The notes beneath the pieces were generated by a model. That model worked only from the letters and a program-made list of their open reading frames with translations. It had not been told where the DNA came from and did not search any database. From positions 1-53,796 of the forward strand of contig JBBCAX010000167.1 of NCBI GenBank assembly GCA_051382335.1: a stretch of DNA of 53,796 nucleotides, in the 5' to 3' direction. A program made the translations under genes and the position numbers. The stretch is from Deltaproteobacteria bacterium TL4. Lineage in GTDB: Bacteria; SAR324; NAC60-12. The stretch's first letter is position 1. The number at the start of each line of letters is the position of its first letter. Positions 29,739-39,500 of this stretch are shown here, piece by piece.

Positions 29739-31049
29739 TCAAGATAAACTTATAGTATCCTCTTCCATGATTTTGATTGCAATCAGTATTTTAGATTGAA
29801 GACGCGTTAAACTCGGCTCAAGTAAAACCGCATTATCAATGGTTTCCTTGCCTTGCTTCAGTAAGTCCAAGATCCCGTCTTTCGTAATTCGCATCAAATC
29901 GCGATGGATGTATCCATAGTGTGTGACCAAAGCAAACTCAATAAGAATCGGTAAGTCGGATTTGGTGGCCGTTTCTTTTTTAGTCAAAGTCAGCGCTTTC
30001 TTATAGGCGGCCACGGCTTTGCTATAGATCGGAATCAAGTTGTTTTGTACACTTTGATCTCCTGCTTCAATTCTGATGATTTGATATTGCATCGACTGCA
30101 TGTAAATACGACCCTCCAAAGCATAAGAATAGTTGAGCTTATCATCAACCGCTTTGAGTTTTTCCACCAGTTTCAGTGCGACAGAATGCAGTAAGGGAAT
30201 GCTTTTGATGGTATCAATCACCGCTAGGGTTTTACGCAAAACCAATTTTTTTTTCTTTTCTCCATGTTTTTTGTCTTCTTCATCTGAAAAAAAATCTGAA
30301 AGAGCCTGGACTTTAACATCCAAACCATCAAGCTCAGAAAAATGTAACGATACTTTTAATTTGGCAGTGACATCTTTCAATAACGTCTCACTTCGTTCAA
30401 ATAATTCCTGAGCGACTTTGATTTCTGACATCAAAAACTTTTCCGATTGGGAACGATTGTCAACGCCTACATCAAACTGAATCCGTTTTAAACTGGCTCC
30501 TCTCAACTGCTTCGATTGTACCGTCAGGAGTTTCTTTTTATGCGAAGTCATCAGTTTGTCAAGATAAGCCCGATAAGTAATAATCACCATCTGTACCGTT
30601 CCCAATGTAATGTCACCTGAGTACACAGGAATCATGGATTGCAGCATGATATTACGATAATCCTGCAACTCCTTGGCGACTTTGGCCTCAATAATCATTT
30701 TGATGAGTTTTAATCGCTCGACTGAGTTCAAAGGGTTCTTTCTCAACGCTTGAACCATGTGTTTCACTTCACGGGTTGGATAAATTTTGGCAATCACCAT
30801 CCCATCGATGATTTCCGAATCAATCGGCTTTTTCTGTGTCCCCAAAATCTTGTTCCTCAACTTGACCAACAATTGAGCGTTTTGTTGTTTTAAGGCCTCT
30901 TCAACTATCAAAATGGTACGTTCCTGCCATTGCTTAAAATTGATGCTGTCCTGACTTAATTCTTTGAGGGAACCGAATGTTTTTTTTCTTTTCTCCTGAA
31001 TGTCGTCTATTCGACTTTGGTGATTCTTCGGTATTGGTTTTTGTTCCAT
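29739..31049 (-). CDS. Hypothetical helical protein, paralog of the adjacent gene
   Basis: Long ORF sharing YRNIMLQSMIP, NYS...GRI.M and YGYIHR.LMR with 31126..32424. Confidence 0.8.
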   Translation of the reverse strand: MEQKPIPKNHQSRIDDIQEKRKKTFGSLKELSQDSINFKQWQERTILIVEEALKQQNAQLLVKLRNKILGTQKKPIDSEIIDGMVIAKIYPTREVKHMVQALRKNPLNSVERLKLIKMIIEAKVAKELQDYRNIMLQSMIPVYSGDITLGTVQMVIITYRAYLDKLMTSHKKKLLTVQSKQLRGASLKRIQFDVGVDNRSQSEKFLMSEIKVAQELFERSETLLKDVTAKLKVSLHFSELDGLDVKVQALSDFFSDEEDKKHGEKKKKLVLRKTLAVIDTIKSIPLLHSVALKLVEKLKAVDDKLNYSYALEGRIYMQSMQYQIIRIEAGDQSVQNNLIPIYSKAVAAYKKALTLTKKETATKSDLPILIEFALVTHYGYIHRDLMRITKDGILDLLKQGKETIDNAVLLEPSLTRLQSKILIAIKIMEEDTISLS

Positions 31050-31125
31050 AAATTCATCCTCAGTCAAGTTGGATTTTGATCACAATTTAGTAGAATCATC
31101 CTGTTCGCTTTGGAAACACAGAGGA

Positions 31126-32424
31126 TTATGAGTGCGTTTCTTCCGGCTTTTCTGCCGTGGCTTTCACTTGAGCGTTGTGTTCTAACTCCTCTAACGCGGA
31201 CAATAATTGCTGTTGCATTTTTTTGCAATTGGGATCCAGCGTAATGGCGGCATCAATCGCTTCTTTTCCCAGTTTAACCAAAAGGATCGCGCCTTTGGGA
31301 GAGAAGCGCATCAATTCACGGTGAATATATCCATAATAGGCGATTGAAGCAAACTCTGTAAATATAGGAAGATCTGTTTTGGATAACGTAGCCCGGGGAG
31401 TCAAGCTAATGGCTTTGCGGTAAGCGACCACGGCTTTGTTGAAGGTCGGGGCCATTGCCATTTGGACGTCTTTATCTCCGTTTTCCAATCTCCAGCGGTA
31501 ATACCTCAAGGCTTTCATGTGAATTCGACCTACCATCACAAAAGAATAGTTCATATGAGGATCAATTTTTTGTAATTTTTCCGCAAGTTTGATTCCAATG
31601 GAATGCATCAAAGGGATATTTTTGAGCAAATCCAAGACCAGCAGCGATTTGCGTAAGATCAAATTCTTGTGTTTGCCAATCTCTGATTTTTGTCCTGAAA
31701 AAAAACCATGAACCCCTTGGGTCTCTTCCTCCAGGTAATCTAAATCCGACATTTGCACGGACACGGTCATTTTAGTTTTTACTAGCTCCAACAGTTGTTT
31801 GCCGTCTTCCAGCAAAATATTCGCGACCTGGATGTCTCGGAGGATGGAACTTTGAGCTGGTGTGATTTGATCGGTCTGGGCATTCAAGTGGAGTAGGCTC
31901 AAATTCGCGTTTTTTAACTGTCCGGACTTCAGATTCATGATTTCTTTTTTGGCCAAAAGCACCATTTTTCTGAGATAGGTGAGATAGGCACTCACCGCGA
32001 CCTGCATGGTCAACGCCCCAAAATCTCCCAGGTAAATAGGAATCATGCTCTGCAGCATAATATTGCGATACTTTTCAATATCATAAGAGGAGTTATCCGC
32101 TTCCTGAACCACCCGGATTAATTTTAAACGATGAATGGAGGCGGTGGGATTACGTCTCAGTTCCTGAACCACCTTCAGCGCCTCTTTATTGGGATGTCCT
32201 GCCGCAATAACGCTTCCGTCAATATGGTTATTGGGTCGAGGGGTCGTACTGTTCAAAATACTTTTTTTCATCTTTGTCATGACAGAGGCTTTTTGCTGGT
32301 TGCGAATCTGTTCCACCGTGACAAATAAGAGTTGCTGCCATGCGGTAAAGTCCAGGACCCTCGTTGAAGAGGTCTTAAGCGTAGTTGTTTTTCGAGAAGG
32401 GGTTTCTCTTTTTTCTGTTTCCAT
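31126..32424 (-). CDS. Hypothetical helical protein, paralog of the adjacent gene
   Basis: 432-aa ORF colinear with 29739..31049. Confidence 0.8.
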   Translation of the reverse strand: METEKRETPSRKTTTLKTSSTRVLDFTAWQQLLFVTVEQIRNQQKASVMTKMKKSILNSTTPRPNNHIDGSVIAAGHPNKEALKVVQELRRNPTASIHRLKLIRVVQEADNSSYDIEKYRNIMLQSMIPIYLGDFGALTMQVAVSAYLTYLRKMVLLAKKEIMNLKSGQLKNANLSLLHLNAQTDQITPAQSSILRDIQVANILLEDGKQLLELVKTKMTVSVQMSDLDYLEEETQGVHGFFSGQKSEIGKHKNLILRKSLLVLDLLKNIPLMHSIGIKLAEKLQKIDPHMNYSFVMVGRIHMKALRYYRWRLENGDKDVQMAMAPTFNKAVVAYRKAISLTPRATLSKTDLPIFTEFASIAYYGYIHRELMRFSPKGAILLVKLGKEAIDAAITLDPNCKKMQQQLLSALEELEHNAQVKATAEKPEETHS

Positions 32425-32539
32425 GAATTCTCAATTCAGCGATGGAATAAATTCTGCTAATAAGTGCATTGAACATTATGATGCGTTTGTATATGCTCAT
32501 GCAAAACAAAAAGCAACAAACTCGAACATAAGGATACTC

Positions 32540-33784
32540 ATGAATTATGCCACGAACCCCAAAATATCACAAATCACCGAAGATTTGATTTCTAAGGGAG
32601 GTCATCATTACATCCCGGTTTACGCTCCCAAAGCAATGGTCCTTTCTCATGGTCAAGGAGCCCGGTTATGGGACCTTGATGGCAAAAATTACATTGATTT
32701 AGGTGCGGGTATTGGAGTCAATGGCCTGGGACACCAGCATCCCAAGCTTCTGGAAGCGATGCAAGCCCAGGCACAAAAACTATGGCACACCAGTAATCTT
32801 TATTATACGGAACCCAGCATTCGCCTAGCAGAAGAGTTGGTTCAGTCTTCCTTTGCGGACCGTGTTTTTTTCACAAATTCCGGCACAGAGGCCATTGAGT
32901 TTGCCATCAAACTAGCACGAAAATACTCCAGCACGCAATTCCCAGAAGACAAACGAGAGATCATCACCTTTACAGGCTCTTTTCATGGCAGAACCTTGGC
33001 CGCGGTCACAGCGACGGCACAACCTAAATATCAGGAGGGTTTCGAACCCCTGCCCGGAGGTTTCCATTATTGCCCTTTTAATGACTTTGAGGCGATTGAA
33101 AAGATAATTTCAGAGAAAACCTGTGCTGTTTTTGTAGAACCGATACAGGGAGAAGGTGGAATTCATAAGGCAAAGCCAGGATTTTTAAAACATTTGCGTG
33201 CTTTATGTGATCAACATCAAGCCCTGTTGGTGTTTGATGAAATCCAATGCGGAATGGGCCGAACGGGCAAGTTGTTTGCTCATCAATGGGACGCAGTCAC
33301 ACCCGATTTGATGACTCTGGCCAAAGCGTTGGGTTGCGGTTTGCCGATTGGTGCCTTGCTCAGTACAGAAAAAGTCGCACAAATCCTTAAGGTGGGTCAG
33401 CATGGCTCCACCTTTGGAGGAAATCCTGTGGTAACAGCGGTAGGCCGTGTCGCGTTGAGGGAACTCAAGTCTCCGGAGTTGGAGGAACAGGTATTAAAGC
33501 AGGGAGCCGCTTTATGCAAACGTCTGGAGGCGATCAATGCGGATTTAAATCTATTCAGTGAAATTCGTGGTCATGGACTGATGATTGGTGCTGAATTACA
33601 GGGCCCGTGGGCAGGAAAATCCAAAGAGTTGAATGACTTCTGCCTGGAACAGGGGGTTTTGATATTACAAGCCGGCGCGAATGTTTTACGATTCTTGCCG
33701 CCTTTGAATATCACTGTTATTGAGTTGAATGAGGGCATGGATCGCGTCGAAAAAGCCTTACGTTTATTTCAACACGCATCATGA
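32540..33784 (+). CDS. argD: Acetylornithine/succinylornithine aminotransferase
   Basis: LWHTSN, NSGTEA, SFHGRT, FDEIQCGMGRTG, TLAKALG and HGSTFGGNP motifs; start at ATG 32540 (AAGGA RBS), not 32189. Confidence 0.93.
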   Translation: MNYATNPKISQITEDLISKGGHHYIPVYAPKAMVLSHGQGARLWDLDGKNYIDLGAGIGVNGLGHQHPKLLEAMQAQAQKLWHTSNLYYTEPSIRLAEELVQSSFADRVFFTNSGTEAIEFAIKLARKYSSTQFPEDKREIITFTGSFHGRTLAAVTATAQPKYQEGFEPLPGGFHYCPFNDFEAIEKIISEKTCAVFVEPIQGEGGIHKAKPGFLKHLRALCDQHQALLVFDEIQCGMGRTGKLFAHQWDAVTPDLMTLAKALGCGLPIGALLSTEKVAQILKVGQHGSTFGGNPVVTAVGRVALRELKSPELEEQVLKQGAALCKRLEAINADLNLFSEIRGHGLMIGAELQGPWAGKSKELNDFCLEQGVLILQAGANVLRFLPPLNITVIELNEGMDRVEKALRLFQHAS

Positions 33785-33791
33785 GGTGATT

Positions 33792-34676
33792 ATGGGATTG
33801 ACATCGTTGCATGGCGGACATAGCGGCGAATACTGTGACCATGCGGCAGGGTCTCTGGAATCGGTAATTCAGCAAGCAGTACGCTTGGGGTTTTCTCATT
33901 ATGGTTTATCCGAACATATGCCCAGAAGCCGTAACCAGGATTTATACCCTGAAGAGCGCTCAAGAGACAGAACGCCTGAGCAGCTTCAGGACAAGTTTCA
34001 ATCCTATTTCAAAAACGCCCGAATTTTACAAAATCAATACCAGTCGCAAATACAAGTTTTAGTCGGGATGGAAACCGAAGTACTTCATTCGGGGTGGGAA
34101 CAGGAATTGATTTCTTGTCGACAAACGTTCCACCCTGATTATCTGGTGGGCTCGGTTCATCATATCCGCGAAGTTCCGATTGATTACGGGGAAGCCTTGT
34201 TTTCTGAAATAGAAAACCAAATGGGAGGAACGGAGTCCATCTTTTGTGAGTATTATGACGCACAGTATCAATTGATGCGGAAATTCCACCCTCAGGTCAT
34301 TGGGCATTTTGATTTAATCCGGCTCTATCGCAGCGATTTTGATTTAACGCCTTCGATCTGGAATAAAATTAACCGTAATTTGGATTGCGCCATTCAATAT
34401 GGGGCGTTATTTGAGGTCAATGCCCGAGCTTTTCACAAAAACCTCAAAGAACCTTACCCTCAAGCTCTCATCTTAAAGCAAATTCTGGAAAAAGGAGGAA
34501 AATTAACACTGGGGGATGATTCCCACGGTCCGGACCAGGTCGGGATGAACTTCGATCGTGTGTTGCGTTTCCTGCAAGAGCATGGGGTGGACACCCTGCA
34601 TGGGCTTCAATTGAATGCTCAAAACAAGGTTGACTCTTATTCTTTTAAGACTTCCTCTGTTTTCTCCAGGGCTTAA
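33792..34676 (+). CDS. Histidinol-phosphatase, HisJ/PHP family
   Basis: HGGHSGEYCDHA, SEHMP, GSVHH, GHFDL and GDDSH motifs; GAGGTG RBS. Confidence 0.88.
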   Translation: MGLTSLHGGHSGEYCDHAAGSLESVIQQAVRLGFSHYGLSEHMPRSRNQDLYPEERSRDRTPEQLQDKFQSYFKNARILQNQYQSQIQVLVGMETEVLHSGWEQELISCRQTFHPDYLVGSVHHIREVPIDYGEALFSEIENQMGGTESIFCEYYDAQYQLMRKFHPQVIGHFDLIRLYRSDFDLTPSIWNKINRNLDCAIQYGALFEVNARAFHKNLKEPYPQALILKQILEKGGKLTLGDDSHGPDQVGMNFDRVLRFLQEHGVDTLHGLQLNAQNKVDSYSFKTSSVFSRA

Positions 34677-35836
34677 CTGTCTGAGGACGTTTGAGCTCGT
34701 AACTGTGCCATGATGTCCACCAGTTTTTTTTTGATAACCTCATCGTCCAAAGCCGGTTCTGCCTGATAATCTTTAGCTTGTCCCTTTGTTTTTTCTGGAA
34801 TTGAAGGAGGCACCTTTTGAAGGAGAGTCCTCAATTTAAAGAATTGTTGACGATTTTCAGTTTGGGCTGTTGTCTGAAGTGAGGATGTTGACTGAGAGGC
34901 GTCGGGCGTCTTGTTTTGTGGAAACTCACCCAATATCATTGAAATGGCTCGAGTATGATTCAAATCCAGATCTTTTTGGACAACAAAACTCACCCGTTGG
35001 ATGTAGTTTTTTAATGAGGGGAAAGCCTGATAGATTTGGTTGAGAACCGTAAACTCTCCTGAATTTTTCCTGATCGAATCAACCGCTTGACTGGTCGTAT
35101 GCACTACTAAAATGGCTTCTCTTCTCGATATACGATGCAAGTAAGCAGGCATGGTGTACTGACTGAAGGGTGCGGCAATAATTTGTTCCCACTTGGCGGC
35201 AAGAAGGGATACCCATTTTTGCTCTGTTCGGATGACGTTCAAATCCCCAACATGACATTGAATCCGCTGAATGATGGGTTTGGGTAATAATTGATTGAGC
35301 ATCAATGAGTATCGGTCCATTTCAAAATAAATGGTTTGAGCCAAAGCCCCGTCATAAACAACCAGGTGCAGTATGACTTCTTCTTTCTCAAACTTAATGT
35401 GCTTTAAGATTAAGCCTTCTTCTTTTTCCTCAAGATCCCGCTTTAGATACTTACCGACCCGAAGTACCAAATGCTTGGGATGCTCAAAAACCGTACCTCT
35501 GAGATAATTCAAAGTTTGCAGAATTTGAGGCAAAAGGGGCTCTTCTGCTACTTGCGAAAGGAAGATCTCATTGATGGAAAAAGTATGAGAAACAGAAATA
35601 TTTCTGGGATAGGCGTTCTTGGCAAGAAATCCGTCAACTTTTTCTAGCCATACCTTGCGAAGTTGAGTTAAATATAATACATGCTTATGACCTGCTGCCT
35701 GAAAGATCTTGTTGACGATGCTAAGGACATTGCCGTAAGAATGTGCCTCAGAAGTCGACTTGTAACCAATTGAATTCAGAAATTCTTGAAAAACGACACC
35801 AACTATTTCCTTTTCTTCTAATTCTTTGGTATTCAT
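34673..35836 (-). CDS. Hypothetical protein with two DciA/DUF721-like segments
   Basis: W..KV...LAKNAYP...LHLVV...A.AQ.I.F...LN..L....IQRI...VG, and a second W.QII....SQYT.P...LVV repeat. Confidence 0.55.
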   Translation of the reverse strand: MNTKELEEKEIVGVVFQEFLNSIGYKSTSEAHSYGNVLSIVNKIFQAAGHKHVLYLTQLRKVWLEKVDGFLAKNAYPRNISVSHTFSINEIFLSQVAEEPLLPQILQTLNYLRGTVFEHPKHLVLRVGKYLKRDLEEKEEGLILKHIKFEKEEVILHLVVYDGALAQTIYFEMDRYSLMLNQLLPKPIIQRIQCHVGDLNVIRTEQKWVSLLAAKWEQIIAAPFSQYTMPAYLHRISRREAILVVHTTSQAVDSIRKNSGEFTVLNQIYQAFPSLKNYIQRVSFVVQKDLDLNHTRAISMILGEFPQNKTPDASQSTSSLQTTAQTENRQQFFKLRTLLQKVPPSIPEKTKGQAKDYQAEPALDDEVIKKKLVDIMAQLRAQTSSDS

Positions 35837-35903
35837 GGTAATGTAAGGTATAGGGTTTATGCAGAAACGCACTTAAAATGCAGAAAAATCTTCAAGGGGC
35901 TTT

Positions 35904-36455
35904 ATGGAAAACAATCTCATCCCAGGACTATTGATAGCCTTACCTACGCTGAAAGACCCCTATTTTGAAAAAACTGTGATTTTGATGATCAACTACACCA
36001 AGGAGGGTGCCTTTGGTATTATTGTCAATACCTCAACGTCAACCCGTGTAAAAGATATTATCGCAAATGATATTGAAGATAAAGCTGGATTTGACATTCC
36101 TGTATTAATCGGGGGACCGGTACAGCCCGAAGCGTTTTGGGCCGTTCATAGTACGGATTATTGGGGAAAAACAACGACAAAAATATCTGACAATATCGCG
36201 ATTAGCGCAGCACAAGACGTCCTTCAGGCAATTGCAAATGACCGTGGTCCTAAAATCTGTCATATCGGTTGTGGGTATGCGGGTTGGGGAGCAGAGCAGT
36301 TGGATAATGAAATCAGTAATGAATCCTGGTGGTTGGGACCTCTTGACGAATCTTTGGTTTTGAACCTGCCTTATGCAGAGCGATGGGAAACTACTCTGAA
36401 AAATTTTGGTTTAGATCTCCTAACCTCTTCTTTTGTGAAAACAGGGAGCGTCTGA
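35904..36455 (+). CDS. YqgE/AlgH family protein
   Basis: LLIA.P.L.DP.F..TVI, GAFGIIVN, GGPV and GYAGWG..QL..EI motifs. Confidence 0.93.
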   Translation: MENNLIPGLLIALPTLKDPYFEKTVILMINYTKEGAFGIIVNTSTSTRVKDIIANDIEDKAGFDIPVLIGGPVQPEAFWAVHSTDYWGKTTTKISDNIAISAAQDVLQAIANDRGPKICHIGCGYAGWGAEQLDNEISNESWWLGPLDESLVLNLPYAERWETTLKNFGLDLLTSSFVKTGSV

Positions 36456-36515
36456 GCAAAAAAGAGTATTAATTTTCGGAACATCGCTATCACACCAACT
36501 AAGCATTGACGTTTC

Positions 36516-39500
36516 ATGGGAATAAAGGCATTTATGGCAAAAGCATCTCAGTTTCTGAATACAATCAACCCTGCCGATCACATCATCTCACTGCTGCCCA
36601 AGGATTCTCTTTTAATACAGTTTTCTGAAATATATCTGCAGTCGATTTCAGAGCGGACACAAAGAGCCTTGAACCCTGAGCTTTTGGCCAAATTTATTGA
36701 AAAACGATATCAATTTTTCCGACAAACCCTTTCTGAAAGGAGTCTTTTTCGGGTGGATCATGGTGCGGACCATGGAGTTGAAAACAGGACCGTCATCGAA
36801 ATGGGATATTGCGATACGCCTTATGCGATACTTACTGTGGAAAATCTTTTTAAAGAAAAGAAACTTCGGGTAACACGAAAGATTCATCTGGTGTTGGGGG
36901 TGAAATATAACCGAGAAGGTCAATTGACCAGTATTCTCAAAGCGTCAGAGAGTGTTGAACGCTATTTGGTGTTTTATGCGGAAATTGAGGAAATGGGGGA
37001 TCCTGAATTGATGGAACAATTGCAATTGCGCCTGGAACTCCATGCCATAGCCGTTCAATTATCAAATCAGCATCAAGAACCTATTCGGCAACGTTTGCTG
37101 ACGTTGAAACCCGGTATTTTAAAAGTAAAAAAAAACCTAACCGAACCGCCAGAGGAATGGTGTCATTTAATCGACTGGCTTCATGATAACAATATGTCTT
37201 TTTTTGGAGCCATTAGTTTGGTGGAATCCGCCAATAATAGAATAGAGGAAATGCAGGTGCTTCCCGATTCAGGGTTAGGAATTCTGAGCGAAAGTTATCT
37301 CAAGCTGGAACAAAGCAAACTCCTGGCAACGCTAAAGGCCCACTCCTGGAATGAAATCAAGAATACGGCGCCCTTTGTCTTTGACCTGGTACGGATTCAG
37401 AGCCCTGTGCAGCGGTTTGAAAATTTAATGCGTCTCAGTATCAGGCTTGCCAACAAAGAACATGGAGAAATTCATTACATTTTTGTGGGTTTGTTGAAAA
37501 TGACTTCCATGCAGGCCAAAGATATCGAAACGCCAATCATCCGCTTGAAGATGCAACACTGTTTTAACGCTAAAAACATGCTCCCCGGAAGTTATGCCTA
37601 CAATGAGTTAATTCGTAACTTTGCAAACACTCCTAAATTCGAACTGTTCCGAACCTCAGCCAGCGAATTGATGCGCATTTTTGATGACTTGCAATCAATC
37701 ATCAATACGGATCAAATCCATTGTTTTGGCCAAAATATTCCAAGACAACATTTACTCAAACTCATGATTGTGATGCCCAATTATTTGTTTACAGATCAGA
37801 GTATTCAGGCCATCTTGAATCATTTAAAATTCCAGATTTCTCACAGTGATTACGAAATAATCGAAATTCGTGGAAATGAAAAATCCCGCTTACATCTATA
37901 TTTTGACTTGCTGGGCGATGGTGTCTGGAAAGTCGACTTAGAGCGCATGGAAGCAGAACTTAGTGACCTGGTGCAACCATGGCAAGAGCAGGTCCGAGAT
38001 GTCTTATACCAACAATATCCAGGCAACTTGGGGATCCAGCTATTTCAGCGTTACATTCCCTTGATGCCCAGTCATTATCGTGTACGGACATCTCCCAAAG
38101 ATGCGGTGCGTGATCTCACTTATCTTGACTCACTCGCTCATGAGGGCGGCATCAGAACCAATATGGTGACCTTTTCTCAAGAATCCTATTTAGCCGGTAA
38201 AGCCTCCCTGCTTTATGTTTATAGTATTAAAAAGATTGATTTGATTCATATTATGCCCGTTTTGTTAAATATGGGACTTTATGTGATTGATCAGTTGACG
38301 GCCAGACTGGGAAATTCTGATAAGACCTGTGGTTTTGTACTCACCTTTCGTGTTCAAGCCAAAGACGGAAAGCGCATTGATGAAGCTCAATACAAGCAAC
38401 TTTTAGGCGATATCCTCAAAGAAGTATTTAATGGGAGAACCGAAAATGACCCCCTGAATGGCTTAGCTCTCGCCGCTAAACTGAACTGGAGAGCGATTAA
38501 TGTCATTCAATTGTACCGGAACCTCTATTTACAGCTTGGGGCTCATTTCAGTTCAAGTAAAATTAACCAAACCCTGTTGAGTCATCCTGTCTCGAGCCGA
38601 ATTTTGTTTGATACTTTTGAGCAAAAATTTTCAATAGAACCGAGCTATGGCTCATTAGAATATCGTCAAGAGGTGACATTACCCCAGCAAAAACAACGGT
38701 TTTTTGATAGTTTGGAAGAAGTTGATGATATATCTGACGACCTCATCTTGAGGAGTTTGTTTAATTTAATTTTACAGACTCTACGGACTAACTTTTATAT
38801 CCCCAAGTCTGGTTCTGAAACTTTTATTTCCATAAAATTAGACTCGAAACAAATCGAAAACATCCCTGTCCCCGCGCCTTACCGGGAAATTTATGTTCAT
38901 GATGTGGGTATGGAAGGGCTTCATTTGCGCTTTGGTGCCGTCGCGCGCGGAGGACTTCGATGGTCCGACCGTTTGGACGATTTTCGCACAGAAATCCTGG
39001 GGCTGGTAAAGACACAGCAGATCAAAAACGTAGTGATTGTTCCTGTCGGCTCAAAAGGTGGTTTTATTGTAAAAAATATTCCAACACCCCGCGAGGAAAT
39101 CGCCGCGGAGTCACAAAAACAATATCGTATTTTAATCAGCGCTCTTTTAGATATTACCGATAATGTGGATTCTAATGGACAGGTCACTCACCCGAATCAC
39201 GTCCTTACCTATGATGATAAAGATCCTTACCTTGTGGTTGCCGCGGATAAAGGAACCGCCACTTTTTCTGATATTGCCAACAGTATTTCTCAAAAATACA
39301 ATTTTTGGTTAGGAGATGCTTTTGCTTCTGGAGGTTCTGTTGGATACGATCACAAAAAGGAAGCGATTACCGCAAGGGGAGCCTGGGAATGTGTAAAGCT
39401 TCATTTCAAAGAAATGGGGAAAGACATTCAAACCGAAATAACAACGGTTGCGGGAATTGGGGATATGTCAGGAGATGTCTTCGGAAACGGAATGTTATTA

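Noticed and set aside
32189..32539. N-terminal extension of argD
   Set aside because: Overlaps the opposite-strand gene; homology and RBS support ATG 32540.
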